In this document: in pieces, positions 36,321 to 52,100 of the stretch
Position numbering within the stretch: the first letter of the stretch is position 1
Layout of the letters: every line of letters starts with the position of its first letter
DNA from: Vicugna vicugna
Taxonomy: Eukaryota
DNA length: 64,000 nt
Direction of reading: 5' to 3'
Assembly (NCBI GenBank): GCA_013265495.1
Contig: MU058054.1
Location: 496,001 to 560,000, forward strand
Translations under genes and position numbers: made by a program
Notes under the pieces: generated by a model
Database searches by the model: none
The model's input: only the letters and a program-made list of their open reading frames with translations
Told to the model about the DNA's origin: nothing

Positions 36321-39300
36321 TGATAATTTAAATGATTTCTTTTTGCAGGGTCATTTGCCTTTTCTTTTATCCTTTCCCCAAATAAGGGATTTTTATAGTA
36401 GGCTGTATATAAAAGCAGCTTCTTTACTAGAAAGCTAACTGAACTTTCAGAAATATACTTACTAAAGACAATCTAGATTTATTTCATTCCAGTTGTATTA
36501 AATATACTCTCAATTAGCAGAATAGAGTTCTGAGAAGTTGCTGGATGGCCAAGATTTGTGTCAGTGGAAACTATTTTATCCACATAATCATTTAAAGAAA
36601 AACATTTTTTCCTCAACATCTTATCCCCAATTTATATTAGAAAAATACTCTGTGGACTGTGGTCACTACTACTAACACTTCTTATTGTTGGGAAAGCTCG
36701 TGTGAAACATTTGTCAAGCACATAAAATGGTATAAAAGTGAAATACAGTAATTAGGATTTGTGTCCAATTGATTGTGTAGCTCAAGTAATTTTTCATTAC
36801 CAACATAAGATTTAATAAGTATAAGTAGTTAAAGATTCTGACTTGGCACTAGTCATTAGCATGTAATTGAACTAGTAAAAAAGATCAGTTACAGCTGTGT
36901 TGATTACCACCTTATCTTTGAAAGGCAATTAAAGACCTCAATCATTGCAACAAGATTTGATTGTGCAGCCTTTATTGGACATTGATCTTTCAGCAAAGTG
37001 CAGTTACATTTTCCATTAATTTACAGTAACACAGTTTAACTCTGATACCCTAGACTGTTGACCCAGGTGAGATGTAATGCTAAGTACCTGTTTAGATTAA
37101 GATGCCCCCAAACGTCATTACTGTCTGAATGGTAAGTGCTGAAAAAAAAGCAGATACCCGATCCACCAGCTTTAGGATAAGGTTTCTGTTATCTGCACTA
37201 GCTTTTAAATGAAATGAAACTCCACTCATTCAAACATCATTCATTCTTTAATAGAGCTAAGAGATATTTCATGAAGAATTACAGATGTTCTGTGATTATA
37301 GTTTTGAGTGACTATAAATGACACAAAATAACATGTACATTTTAAAAGAAATACATATGGCTTTTAATGATTAAAAATGTTTCCATTTTTACTGAAGTCA
37401 ACAATTTGCAAAATACTAGTGACCAGATACATGTGATGAAAAATATTAAAACTCTTTGTACAATTTGGCACGTTAAGGCATCAGCACTGAGAAACCAGGG
37501 CTTTTTTTTTAAATTAGCAACCTCGTTCATGCTCTCAGTTCTGTTACTACTTCTTTATGGTGGTTCACAACTTACACATTAACTAAGAATTCTGACTAGA
37601 AATTTCTTCCAACACTTGATAATTGACTTGTATAGAAATTACAACAGAAGAGATGCAAGATTTTATACTAAAAAGACATCTTCATTAGAAAATAGTTTTG
37701 CCTGGATTATTTTAAAGAAAAAAAATCCCACTCAGGAAATATAGGCAGAAAAGCTATCTTTGTTTCACCAATTTAGGAAACTCCTGATATCCAAAAAAGC
37801 AGGACCCACCTGCAACCCTGCGGCATAACCAGCATGTGCCCAGACACACTTCCACGAACTGCTGTCACAGTGTCTCCTCCTCTCTTCCTCTCACCGTGTT
37901 TTAAAAATCCTTTTTACTAATGAAGTCTCTTAAACATAAATATATATGGAACACAGGAATGAGGATTACAAAACCAGCTTTTCTGAAATAGAAAACTGAC
38001 ATTTGCTCACAAGCAGATTCATGAGACATTTTAAGGTGAAGGCTTCTTGTTCTGTCCTCCTCAGATTACTGGTGGAAAAAACTAAGACACAAAGGAGTAG
38101 TTATTAGCCTGAGGTCAAGAAGTAAGACAGCACTCTTACTGAAAATAGAATCAGCCTCCTGACTTCCCGCGTTTATATTTTATCCGTTTTAGGCCATGAT
38201 ACTCTGATGCAATATCTAACTTTAAAGAAAAAACTTAAACCATTACTGTTCAATGAGGAGCATTTTTCAGACGAAATGGTTCACTACAAGACTTAATAAA
38301 TCCAAGGAATGAAATTTAAAATATTTGAGCCATGCCCTTGGCCATCGTTGAGTTCATCCTTCACCATGATCAACTCCATGAGAGCAAGAGGTCTATTGAT
38401 TTTCATGTAATACAAGAAAATATTACATTTGCTTAATTGTTACACAGTGAGCACATCAGACAAGAAATCAAGGCTCTATTTAATGCTGCAAGCAGCAGAG
38501 AATTACGGAGATCAATAGGGTAGTTTGTCAAAGATGTTCTCCAAGGAGACTTACCTATCACTATATGGACAAGAAGTCACTCTGGCTGTAGCTATTGAAA
38601 AACAGGTAAGCAGAGTCAGCAGTACAAATTATCAGAAATCAAACAGGCCAGTGTGAAAAGAAGTGCAACTCTACTGAAAAGCTGTATTTATAGTCTGGTA
38701 ATTAAAAACCATTTTATCAGCCTTGTGTTGGGACCAAACCTTTACAGCCAGTATTGACAAGACCAGCGGCAATGAATGAGCAGTATTTGACTTAAAACTT
38801 ATGAGCTAGAGTTATTTAACTTTGCCCATTACAGAGGAATCAGTTCTAGCCTTCCTTGCAAAATGCAAATAGTCGGTTTTATTATTAATGAAGCTTAATG
38901 TCACACTGTCTCCTTTGTGCAAGCCATTCGTTTAACCAGTGTCAAGTATATTCTTCTGGACTAAATATATTGGCATAAGTACTTCTTTGATTAAAGTGTT
39001 ATTTAGAATGGCTTTTAGACAAGTGAACACTACATATATTTGAAGAACAGTTCACTCTCTGGAACTCATTTAAAATGACTACCTTTAACGAAGCTGGTTT
39101 GTAATACTTCATTATCCTGTTGCTCTCACCTCCATCACTTCCACTCACTTTCCCTACTGACTTGCCAGAAGTAAGCACCCAAATGTTGGTTAGATTGAAT
39201 TTTATAAAATATTTTGCTACAACAATGTGTAAACGTTGCAGATTATCAGCAACACATTAACATAAAATGATATATAATGCATGTTTGTAATTATGGGAGA

Positions 39301-40238
39301 GATCATAAATCTTAAACACCCATTGGTTTAGAGATTAAATAGTTCTACTTAGTTCTCCCTAAATTACTCCAAATTTCTGAAATTTACCATTCGTCTGGGT
39401 ATTTTGTAACTACCCCCAAGGATAAATTTTTTTTAATGACTTTGCTTTCAAAAATGCAATTAACTTAATAAAATTCTAACGCAAAACTGCCATCAGGGCT
39501 TTAAAATTTCAGCCCACTTCCCATCGCCAATAAGTCTATGGATACGTACCATTTCAGCTAATTGCTTTTTTAAACAGTCACCATATTTATTTTTCTGGGT
39601 CTTTCTAGATCTTAATTGTTCTTACAGCTTTATCAGCATGCCATTTTAACTTTTAATAAGCCTTAATTTCATTCATCTTGCTGCATTTATATTAACCAGA
39701 GTTGTTACTACATTAAAAAAAAAAAGTGGTATGGTATTGGATTCTTCAGGTAGTAAGACGTTTCAACATGACACTCACACCTCTCACACAGGTAAATGGC
39801 ACAAGGGCTTTAACACATTCCTATTCAAAATCCTGGCAGCTGAATGGTTTAAATTTCAGATTGCAATTAGAATTCTCATCAATTTGGATTTGCCAATGAT
39901 ATTATACTGTTTCCACCGTCTATCCTAAAATCCTCTACTTCTTTTTTCAATGTTAAAGATTTCTCCCTTTCCTTCTTTGTGTGGTATCTGCATTTTCAAA
40001 GAGTTGATTTAAATTGTTAATACATAACTGTAAGACCTAAAAGTTACAACCATTCTTTAGCTGTAGTTTAACCTAGTTATAGGAAAAAAAACTGGCATAA
40101 GCATTATGTGTTTGTAGTTCCCATTGGCTAGATGGAGTATGCAATATGTAACAGTGTATGAAAAGCTTTGCCCCTTGAGGGCAATGATTCATCTTAAAGA
40201 ACCAGACACTGTAGAAAGGAAAAGGTGTTTGCAAAAGT

Positions 40239-40244
40239 TTTATT
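40239..40244 (-). terminator. Candidate proximal polyadenylation signal (AATAAA) of C15orf61
   Basis: tttatt on + strand ~75 nt downstream of the stop; usage not demonstrable from sequence. Confidence 0.4.
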
Positions 40245-40319
40245 TTAAAGGATCAAAAATAAATAATGCATATACACATGAGAAAATCTACCGATATTTA
40301 TGTCCTCCAAAGCACACTT

Positions 40320-40493
<174 letters not shown>

Positions 40494-43400
40494 TCATGTA
40501 CTCGTATATTTGTCCTGGTACAAATCACACAGCACTCTTGAGCAACATCAACAGATCATAAAGCTACAGAAATATTAAAATATTAGTAAATACTGACTCT
40601 ACCTAAGAGCTCAATTTCATCTACATTTGTGGAACATGGTAACAACGTAACAACTGTGTGAGCCCAGAGATTTTTTAAAACTATAAATAAGACTGCTGTA
40701 AACTCTAATTCAAAGCACTTTACAAGCATTAATTCATTATCTCCGAGTACTTAGGAAGTAGTTCTATATTCTTTTCACAAATAAGCAAACAGAATATTCA
40801 TTAATTTAGCTGATGTTTCCCAATTATTGGCCTTGAGCTTAAATTACTAGGTCATCTTTACTGCGCTTTAAGTTGGACGGTAATATTGATGGCTAAAATA
40901 ATTTTTTGTACAACTTTAAAGAAACTGGGTCAAATAGCTGCCTTCAAAACCAAAGGCGGAAACCAACTCTAAGGAAGATCTCAGCATGATGACAAACACG
41001 AGAAAGAAATAATCCCGTCAGTATTTTTACAACTGATCTGAAAATCTCATTTCAACCTATTTGAAATAGGTACACAGCAGACCCAGACAACATGCTTTTT
41101 CTTTGGAATATTTCCATTTGTGATTAGTTACCATTTGTGATACACGAAACTAAACATACACTACCCAGAGATATGGATTTAAGCACTCATATGCGTATGA
41201 CACTAAGTTGGACACAAAACTAACTTCCACAATTCTTATTTTTTAAGGCACTTATTTAAAACCAACGACTTTTAACATATTAAAAAACATGTATAAAACC
41301 ACAGGCACTTAAATCAATAACAAATATTGGATGCTCTATACGAGTATTAATTTTACTGTTCCTATGTAGGAGTTGGACAGAAAACGACAATTTAAAGAGC
41401 TGTACGTTTGGAAAATGACTTTCTTCCTAGTCAATAGGGAAATGGACATATGCGCAGGACTAATCATATTCCTGATCTTTTTCTTATTTTTCCTGCAAGA
41501 GTATATTTGCTGTATTATGCTCTTTTTGAGTGTTTAAGTATGCTGGCCTATTTTGTGCTTATTCCCTGAAGCTGCACTCCAACCACTGTGATGCCAAAGA
41601 TTAATCAGGAGAAGCATCACTAGTTGGCACTGAGAAGAGGCAAAAATGCCCATTCAGACTGGCACCCCTCTATTTTTAGGAATATACTAGGTCACAGCTT
41701 GTCACTATCACAGGGCTCCCTGGAACTCCTATGAAACCTTTTACAGTATGCTGCCTTCTTCGCCTTGATAATACCTCCCCCCAATCTCTAAATGCCTCAG
41801 GGAATGTCACAAAAAAATCCACAAAAACTAGCATCGTAAAGCTATTTATAAATCATTTAACTGGAATGGAAAAAAAAAAGGCAAGTGTTGGCGGGGAGTG
41901 GGGGAGTGAGGAAGAGAGCAAGAAGACAGGCAGAAGAGAGTCAAGAGTGGAGGAAACAGTTGAAATAAATAAATTTAAAACACGGTATCACAACTTCAAA
42001 AGCTGAAAATCAATGGAGTGAGAAAGAAAAAACAGGCTCTAGAAATAATGATCAATTTTCCAAATACAGTGAGAATAAAATACACAAAATATGACTTGTA
42101 AACCAAAGCTAAGGACATAAATTTAAGGAGTGGCTGATGACCCTGAAATTGCTGTTTTATAGTATTTATCACAGTTTTCAGTTAAAATATTGACACTTAA
42201 AAAAATCACACAAATGGTCAATATTTTTTCAGCTAAGATGTAGGACTGATCAAAGACTACTAGTCTAATAATAACTACATTTTATCTTATTAAGAAGCAA
42301 GTAGGAACCATTATCATTAAGGCTGTTTGTAAGGGGATGGAGAAGTGATATGGGAATCAGAAACTCTTTATTTCTTTTTTTTCCTGCAGTCTACTTAATT
42401 TAATGCAGTCAGGCTAGTATACAAAATGGGAAGATTAATCACTTGTATAATTGACAAATTAAAAAAACCCCAATTTTCTTTATCTATAGCACATATGCTT
42501 TAAAGTCTGTAAGATTCCATGAAAAATTAAATTTTTTCCACACTGTCTGAAACACATAACATCAAAATAAATGTGAAAGTCAGTTCTTTGCATAATGATT
42601 CATTCTGAGTCAGCTGAACAGTAGGTAAACCACTGTCAAATTAAGCACTTAAAAAAAATTAGAACTTTGTGGCAAGTCTCTGATTACCCATTCATTCCAA
42701 TGGTAAGTTGCTTTTCTTAAATCTCAATCTACTTCGCAGCATGATACCCAGGCTGGTAAACCATCAGTAAAATGTCAGCTTCCATTGAAAATGAAGGCAG
42801 AAGAGAAAGGGAACAAATATGTAAAAGGGAAATCTTTAATATTTACAAAATGGAAAAGTGAATTACTTTGATAATTACTAAGTTGGAAGGGAAGAAAAGG
42901 ATTAAATTCAAAAAGATTTTTTAACAGAACTTGTACTTGATGATCCAGAGGGGCAACTGCACAACAAGAACAGGAAAGAATCCTATTATGTAATTCCCTA
43001 TCTTGAGACAAAAATACAAAATAAACATTACCAAATTGGTGAATACTCTTTAAATGGACTTTCTTTTAAAAAGTCCAGCAAAAAAAATAAAAACCCTTTA
43101 TTAGTATAAGCCAATTTGTATTAAAGCATGCTTGAGCAGAAAGTTTTCTTTTGTTTAACTTAAAACTCTTGTTTTCTTTTACGTAGGAATTTTAGAATTT
43201 TCAGAAGACCACAAAGACCATTAAATCACTATTCGGCTTTCTCTTCCACGTCAGAAAAACTACAGCTGTTGTTTCTTTCTTCAAAAGGTTTTACTACTTT
43301 TCTATATGAGAATGTTCTGGGCATCCTATTTTTCTTTGGATTTCTTTACACCTAAAAGAGAAGCCCCTAACCACTAAGGTGTTCTAAACGTGTTAGCTTT

Positions 43401-44530
43401 TAAATGGTGAAAACTTTTTTTAAAAAGGCATTAGGCTCCCGGTTTACCTGTAACCCTCCTGTTAATGCTTTTCCTAACCTATTACTCTACATTTGGGAAG
43501 AATGATTTTTTCTGATTCTGGAAACGCTAAAATAAACTTATTCTTCTTGAATCTCGTCATCACTCCAGTCTTTCCAAATAACTTGGAACTGAATTTTCTA
43601 AGTCACCACAATCTTCAACCTCATATCAACCTCAAAATTAATGGGCATGCTCTATCATCAGTCAAATAATAAAACATATTTTTACAGGGTTACACAGTGG
43701 TAAATAATCTTCTCCTTAATGGACTGAACCCAGAACAGTCCCAGTGGAGCAATGGTTCCAGAACCCCATGAATTATTATAAGCAAAAATACATATACCAT
43801 ATTTAAATTTAAGGACCTCTCAGACTATATAGTAATATTGCAGCTGAACAGGGATTTAGCTTTAATTCTGGTACAAAAAACTGGTTGGGTAACATGGGTC
43901 AGTTCGCACGTCTACATTCTGAATTACTGAAATCTGGATTAATTTGATATGAGCTATTAACAGGTTCAAAACATCTTGAGGCCTATTTTTCACTGACCTA
44001 TAAAAGATACATTCATGTCAATGTTCACGCCTCTTCTTCAGGTCATCAACCAAAAGAAAATAAACATCCCGCTAGAGTAAATACTGTGAGTTAGGATATG
44101 CCTATGAAAATATACCAAGATTAAAAAGACAGTCTTTTAAATATCTTTTAGGCCTAGCATCCGAAGAGGATAACATCACTGCTGAAAATCTTTAGTGCTT
44201 TTAGTAAAACGAACTTGCTGGGATTTCATATAAATAAAACAAAGAAACTTTAACTGTAGTTCCAGTTTTTATAAAATGAACGCACCCACAAAGTGATGTT
44301 CACGGGAAGTAAGTCTGTCATGCAATAAGGCTTTTTTTTTTTTTTCAAACTTCAGAGCCTCTTTCCAGCGGCTTACATCCTCCTTCTTACTGCCCAATGT
44401 ACGGGTCCTCCTAGTTCACAGCCGCAGGAAGTGAGGATGGATTGCCCCCTCCCCAGGGATGATGCGGCAGGGGGGTGGGGGTTTCTCAGTACAGGCCTGC
44501 GGCTAAGCCCCACTTTCTCGGAACCATTCA

Positions 44531-45470
<940 letters not shown>

Positions 45471-47884
45471 TATCAGTTTAGGTATGAGGAAAATTAAGGT
45501 TAAAAAGGAAGAACTTAACCACCCCGCTGAGTGGCAGAACTCGAACCCGTATCTCTCTTCCAAGCCCTGGGCTGAAGTGAAATACTTAGTTCAGGTTGTT
45601 GAGGAAGCAGGAAGGTGTCCTCAGGGAGGTGAGTTCAAAGCCAAGGCCCCAGATTAGCATTGGCTGGTCACGTCAGGGGGCACTTTCGCGTATTTCGGTC
45701 CCCCGCTGTCAATAGTTTAAAAGAAGTCCCAGGTATTTCAGCATAAAAAGTTAATCTTTAAAATAGTCCCCCTTCTCTCTGTGCAGTGTGCATCGCCATG
45801 TCCCCTCTAAGAGCCTGGTGCGCACGAGGCGAGGAGACTTACTTAGAAACCTTAATAACCCCCAGTCACCCATTAGCAAATCTATTACTCTGGGAAAATA
45901 TTTTTCTCAAATTTTGCAGCCTCTTGAAGTACAGACACACCTGCTTTCGAAAGAAGCATTTCCTCTTATATGTTCTAAACGCCTTATGTTTGGAGAAACC
46001 ATATATAAATAATACGTGTCTGGAAAATACTGTATATAAATGAGGTAATTATGAATAGACAAAAATACAACAATTACTGTTACTGTTGTTCATGCTCAAT
46101 GGGAATGTAGGATAGTGTGGCTACCTTTTACATTCTCTAGTTTTTATTGATTCATTCAACGTTCCTTGAGCACCCACTAACGTGTGCAGGATCTTGTAAG
46201 TTCAGTCTTTTCAGGGACCTTGTAGTCATGCAAATAATTTGAACTTTATAGATTCCCTATTAGATAAAAGCTTTTTAAAGATTTTAAGGTGGAGGTATGA
46301 TGTAGTTAGATTTGTACGGAAATGGCTGCAGAGAGGTTAAGACGAGTCAGGGAGGTGGTTCAGTACTTTAATTTTAAATTAAATTTTAAAAAGCACTGGA
46401 ATCCTTTTTCAAACAAAATCTGTCACAGAACCCCAACATATAAAGGAGATGAAAACTTGTATTTTATTACTAAACATTTGTAAGTGCAGAATTTTAACAT
46501 TAACTTTAAAGGTGAATTTTAAAAATGAGGCTAGTTTGCTGTTGGCTTGGGTTTTTATTTTGTTTTATATTGTTTTTAGCAGAAAAGGAATTTATTGAAA
46601 GGAAATTGGATAGCTACAATAATAAATAGGAAGTCTGCAGAACCAAGCTTAGGAATGGGGAGGAATCAGAGGAGGCCAGCCTGCAAAGACACAGGTAAGA
46701 CCCAACAGGAAAAAGTATGGTTAGAATGCCATGGCTGGCCCCACTGCCACTGGTGTCTTAACCCTGCTATTTAATCCTAAAAAAATTTTGAAGTAAGGGT
46801 CTGTGGACAACAGTTGCAGTTAAAGCAACCCCAGAACTGTTTTATTTCTTATTCCTCTGTTTTGGTTTCTATTATCAAGAAAATCCTGATCCCTCGGGAG
46901 AAGTAGGTACAAATCAGAGTGGTTTTTAAAAGAGTGGTTTGAAATCTTCAGCATGTGCTTCAGTTACAGAAATGGCAGAAGGAGATTAATTCTGAGCTCT
47001 ACACTGAAATGACTTAACCTCAAGTTAATTTCTGGCAGTTTGCAATATGTTAAAATTTGACATCATATCTATTTAAAAATCTATTTTTAAATAAGTGAAG
47101 TTTGAATCAAACATTTGGGAAACCTCTGAAGGCTGTCTGAGAAACCCTATATTCTGTACCATTTAAGGTAAAAACTACGGATAAAGGGAACCAGATATTT
47201 ACGTAGGTTTCACTGCATTGTCTCATGAAGGCTAGAGAACTAAAGGATTTCTGTTGGAAGATACCCTCTTGGAAAAACCTCATCAGTGATGAGGGCTTCT
47301 CTAATCCAAGGCTCTTTGACTCTGTCTCTTTTCTCTTCAAGTAGGAAGTTCTTCCGAAGATTTTTCACAGGTAGTAGACCACACCCAGATATTCAAGAGT
47401 GTCTGAATGAAATATTACCCTAATGTAAGGATACAGAGCTGGAGAATATGGCATCTAGATATTTCTGCTGACTTTAAGATTATACTATGTCTCTTCTGTA
47501 ACTGAAATAGGATAATTTCTCAAAAAACCCACAATTCAGGTCATCAGATGCTTGATTTTCTTTTCAGTTCTCATTCTTGATGGCCATGAAACAAAGGGGC
47601 TTAGAAGTTGGCATGCATTCACAAGCCTAAGTCATTGTTCCAAAACTCTGTGTCCAATAATTAAGAATCAAGTGCATTAAATACATGAATACTTAGTTTT
47701 CTACAAAGTATGGAGAAATGGCATATCCCTTAGAAGGAAACCCTTTAAAGTAACTGAATAGTGCTGCTGTGCATGGCATTTAATGTGTGCATGGATATAT
47801 CTTGCTGCTTCTAGAAAGGGGGGCTTTTGTTTTCGTTTTGTTTTAAAGGCACCCAGGACATTGTAGATGTTCAGAGCATGTTAA

Positions 47885-49190
47885 AAATTAGTTATACAAC
47901 GTTGATAGATTGGAATATATTAAAATTAAGAATTTTTATTCTTTAAAAGGCACTATTAAAAGAGAGTGAAAATGTAATCTAAAGAATGGGAGAAGTATTT
48001 GCAATACATATATCTGACAAAGCATTTGGTATTCAGAACAAATCATTAAAAAAAAAAAAGAGAGTCCAATAGAAAGGTGTAAAATATTTGAATGGACTCC
48101 TCAGAAAGGAGAACATCCAGATATCCAATAGACATGTGAAAAGGGGCTTAATTTCAAAATCATCTGAGAAATGGGAATTGAAACCCCAATGCAATACTGA
48201 AACCAGAAAACACCCATCAGAGTGGCTAAAGTAGAAAAGACAGAAAGTATTAAGTGTGGATGAGGCTTGGTGGCAGTTAGAACTTTTATGCACTGCTGGC
48301 AACCACTATGGAAAAATTTTTGGCAGTTTAAATTAAAGCTGAATACATGCATACCTTACAACTCAGCCATACCACTCCTAGGTTTATATTTATATATTTA
48401 TATTAGTGTGGTCAGACTGCTGTAACGAAATACCACAGACCAGGTTTAGCCAACAGCAGAAATTTATTTCTCACAGTTCTGGGGACTGGGAAGTCCGAGA
48501 TGAGGTGCTGGCTGATTGGGTCCCTGGTGAGAGTTCTCTTCCTGGCTTGTGTTTCCTTCTTGCTGTATCCTCCCATAGCAGAGAGAGCTAACTCCATCTG
48601 ACTCTTTCTTCTCTAATGAGGGCATCAGCCCTGTTATAAGGATCCCACCCTTATGACCTCATTTAACCTTTATCACCTCTTCATACATGAGGCCATATCT
48701 CCAAATCCAGTCACACTGGATATTAGGGCTTCAGCCTATTCAGCATATTTTGAGGGGACACAAACATTCAGTCTGTAACAATTCCCAACAGAAACTGTAT
48801 GCATTTGTTCTTCCAAAGACATGTATCAGAATGTTCATAGCAGCACTATTCATATTTGTAATAGTTGACCTGGAAATTACTCAAATGCCTATCAGTAGTA
48901 GAGCAGATATACAAATTGTGGCATATTCCTGTGATGGAATAATGTACAGCAATGAGAAAGAATGATCTACAATCACACACAACATGCATGAATCTCACAC
49001 ACATAAGGAAGAGTGAAAGAAGCCAAATACTAAAGTACTTACTGGACGATTTCATTATATAAAGTATAAACCTGGCCTAAACTCGTCTGTGTTGTTAGGA
49101 GGCCAGATAGTGATCACTCCTGGGCAGAGAATTAGTGGCTAGGAGGAGAATGAGGTGACTTCTGGGGGACCGAGATTATTCTCTGTCTTT
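47885..49190 (+). mobile_element. Old L1 fragment interrupted by an MLT1 LTR
   Basis: tttgcaatacatatatctgacaaag, actcagccataccactcctaggt, resuming with agaatgttcatagcagcactattc after 48780. Confidence 0.7.
48399..48780 (+). mobile_element. MaLR (MLT1-type) LTR
   Basis: gctgtaacgaaataccacagac..atttatttctcacagttctgggg..ttatgacctcatttaacct..acattcagtctgtaaca. Confidence 0.8.
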
Positions 49191-52100
49191 TAAAAAAATT
49201 CTTTTGTTTCTATAGCTCTTTATTTAAGGCTTAATTTGTTTTAGAGTAGTTTTAGGCTCACAGCAAAATTGAGAGAATGATAGAGGTTTCTCATATATCC
49301 CTGCCCTACACATGCATAGCCTCCTCCATTAACATGGTACACTTGTTATAGTTGGTGAAACTGTGGAGTATTCTCTTTCTTGACCTAGATTCTCGTTAAA
49401 TGAGTGTATGCATATTAAACATCCCATTGTTAGTGTTTACTAAGAAATATGTACAAAGGACATATATAGTGGACATGAGCCAGACATGACCTGTACATAT
49501 ATAGAATCTTTATTCTCATGTTGTTTTTACAACCTTACTGTGAAATCCTGATTTACTCACATATTCCTAATAGTGTGACTTAAAAGAAAGTAGAGTAGGT
49601 GTGTAGATTTTAACTCACTGCTATTCTCGAAAGGGGAATTATAGGCAAGATGCTGGGAGCATATGTCAGCATACTGATAAAAGATAAAGGAACTTGAGAG
49701 AAAAAAAAGAGGGGGGATAGAAACGTTTACAATTAGGATTTCATTTACAATTTCCAGTTTGAAGCTTTAGGAATTTTGGTTCAAGGAAAGAAAGACCATG
49801 GAGTTGCTGCTCCCCCAGTTCATATTCCAGCATGTTTTGGAACTTAAAAACATACTCCGAAGAGCCACAGACCTGAGTCTCCTAGGAACCCAAATCTGCT
49901 TCATGGCTCAGTGCCCTCTAAGCCAAGCTCTGCACCAGAGGAAGTGGCGTGAGTTACCCCTACAGCTGGAAGAATGCTCATTCATTCTCCCCGTGGCCAA
50001 TAGTACTTGCTGCTCCATTCCTGTATCCTTGTGTCTGCCCTGGCAAGGACAATATACACTGGTTTTATGCGAAATTATCCTCATGAAAGTACTGAGCTAT
50101 GGCAGGAGTCATTAGGAAAGGAAGGAACCGCTGGATTCTTATCAAGCTCTTTTTGAGTCCTTCTTTGGAGCTGATTGATGTTCTGAAAGCCCCCAAGGAG
50201 TCGGCTGGCAGTTGGGGCTGCAGTTACAAAGAGTGGTGAGAAGAATTACTTCGGTAAAACATTTTACTGTGAACATAATGGGTACAGAGATCTCGTCCAA
50301 AAGCAACCTGTGTCTAAACTACTCTCAAGTTCTCCCCTTGCTGGAATGTAAACTTTCTAGGGCCAGGGGTTTATGTCTGTTTTGTTAACCTTTGTGATCT
50401 CAGCACCTAGTAACTTGGCATATATGGCAGATTCTCTACTTGTTGAATACATGGAAAAAAAAAAAGTGGGTGAAGTGAATACAGTTAGTGTGTTTGAAGG
50501 ATGTTAGAGAAAGGAAATCATAATATGTAGGGTCAGTAGTTTTAATTTTAACTTTAACTTAAATTTTGGTAGTTGGAGAAATTAAACTACAGAATAGGAA
50601 AGAAACTTACCCAAGATCACATACCAGAATCAAGAAACAAAACTGTGGCCTCCCAGCTTTCAGGGAGCTTTTCATTAGGAAGCATGTCTATGCTATTCTG
50701 CTGCAGATGCTGGTGTCCGGTAGCAAGGAGACATATTTGTGACTTTTTGAAACCAGATAATGATTTATGCTGGTAGATAATACAGTCCATTTTATGGGCA
50801 TGTTTTCAATGTTACAATCTTCATAGTATGTAGTCAGTGTTCGGGGAAGCATTTGAAAACATGGCCAAGTAAATTTACCTTGTCACTTGAGTCATAGTTA
50901 TGGTCTCAGCTTTGTACTGTGAGCCTTGTTTTACTAACCGATACATTCATGAATAACACAAGACATTTTTGTAGCAGAAATCGTATTTTCAAATCAAATT
51001 CCTAAGATGTTTTAACTTTATTGCCGATCTTCAGCTGACAGTGGCTCTCAGCACTTTAGCTGTGAGTCTTTCTGCCCCCTCCCCACTCTCACTGTCAAGT
51101 AGTTAATGATCTATAAACAAATACTGAGATGCCCTAAGGGGGCTCTCCATTTAAAGGGGCCTCGAATCATTTTATAATAGAAATACAGTAGTCCGGCCAC
51201 TGATTTACGATTTGTCTGTTTAGGTTTTTGAAGTAGCATTCCAGTGGTATTTTCCAATGGGGCAGGTTTTAAATTTACTGTACAATAGCGTTACATTTCA
51301 TCCAGTTTTTCCCTTCAGGAGGAAACGTCAAAAATGTGAATCTACAATTGCTGTTACCATTGTACGAAGTAACGTTTTTGTTTGTATATGCGTGCATGCA
51401 CACAGTTCAGTTTTCTAAGCTAAAAGTGGCCACAGAGGGCAATCGTGTCAATGTAATAGTATTGACCTGTTACTGAGTGTTTATTTCGTGCCAGGTAGTT
51501 TCCACCTTTTGTTTCACTGAGGTGACACTCCAGAGCAGGGTTTCATTTTCCTCATTTTCAAGCTGAGGAAGCCGAGTATCAGTAGTTAGAGGTTAAAATA
51601 AGCTGCCTGCAGTCACAGGGCAGGCAGGTAGTAGAGCTGGGATTCGAACCTACATTGGTTCAGATTGGCAGGCCTCAAAGCCCCTTGTTTGACCACAGTG
51701 AAAAAGAGTCATCTGATGCTAGACCCAGAGATAAAAGGAGCTGGCACAGTTTAACATCCTTTAAATGCTACACGATTAGTAAGGAATCAGGAAATAGCAT
51801 TCTAGATCAAAAGTACAGCTCATCTAGCCCAGAAATCTGTCTGACACAAAGGAAATTTGGGGGCTTACATGATGCCTCTCAAAGAAAAAAAAATTTTTTT
51901 CCACAATCACTTGCAAAATTTGTTGTTAAACAGCTTCTTCTATGTACATTGAACATACTTTAAAAATATCTTTAAAATTAAGAGGCATGCACTAAGGACT
52001 GTGGGCACCACCAACAAAGATTCCGACTCCAAGCAAGTTCTCAAGCTCTAAAACTTGGATTTCATTTGGGGAACCCGAATAAAGAGTATATAGGAATTCT

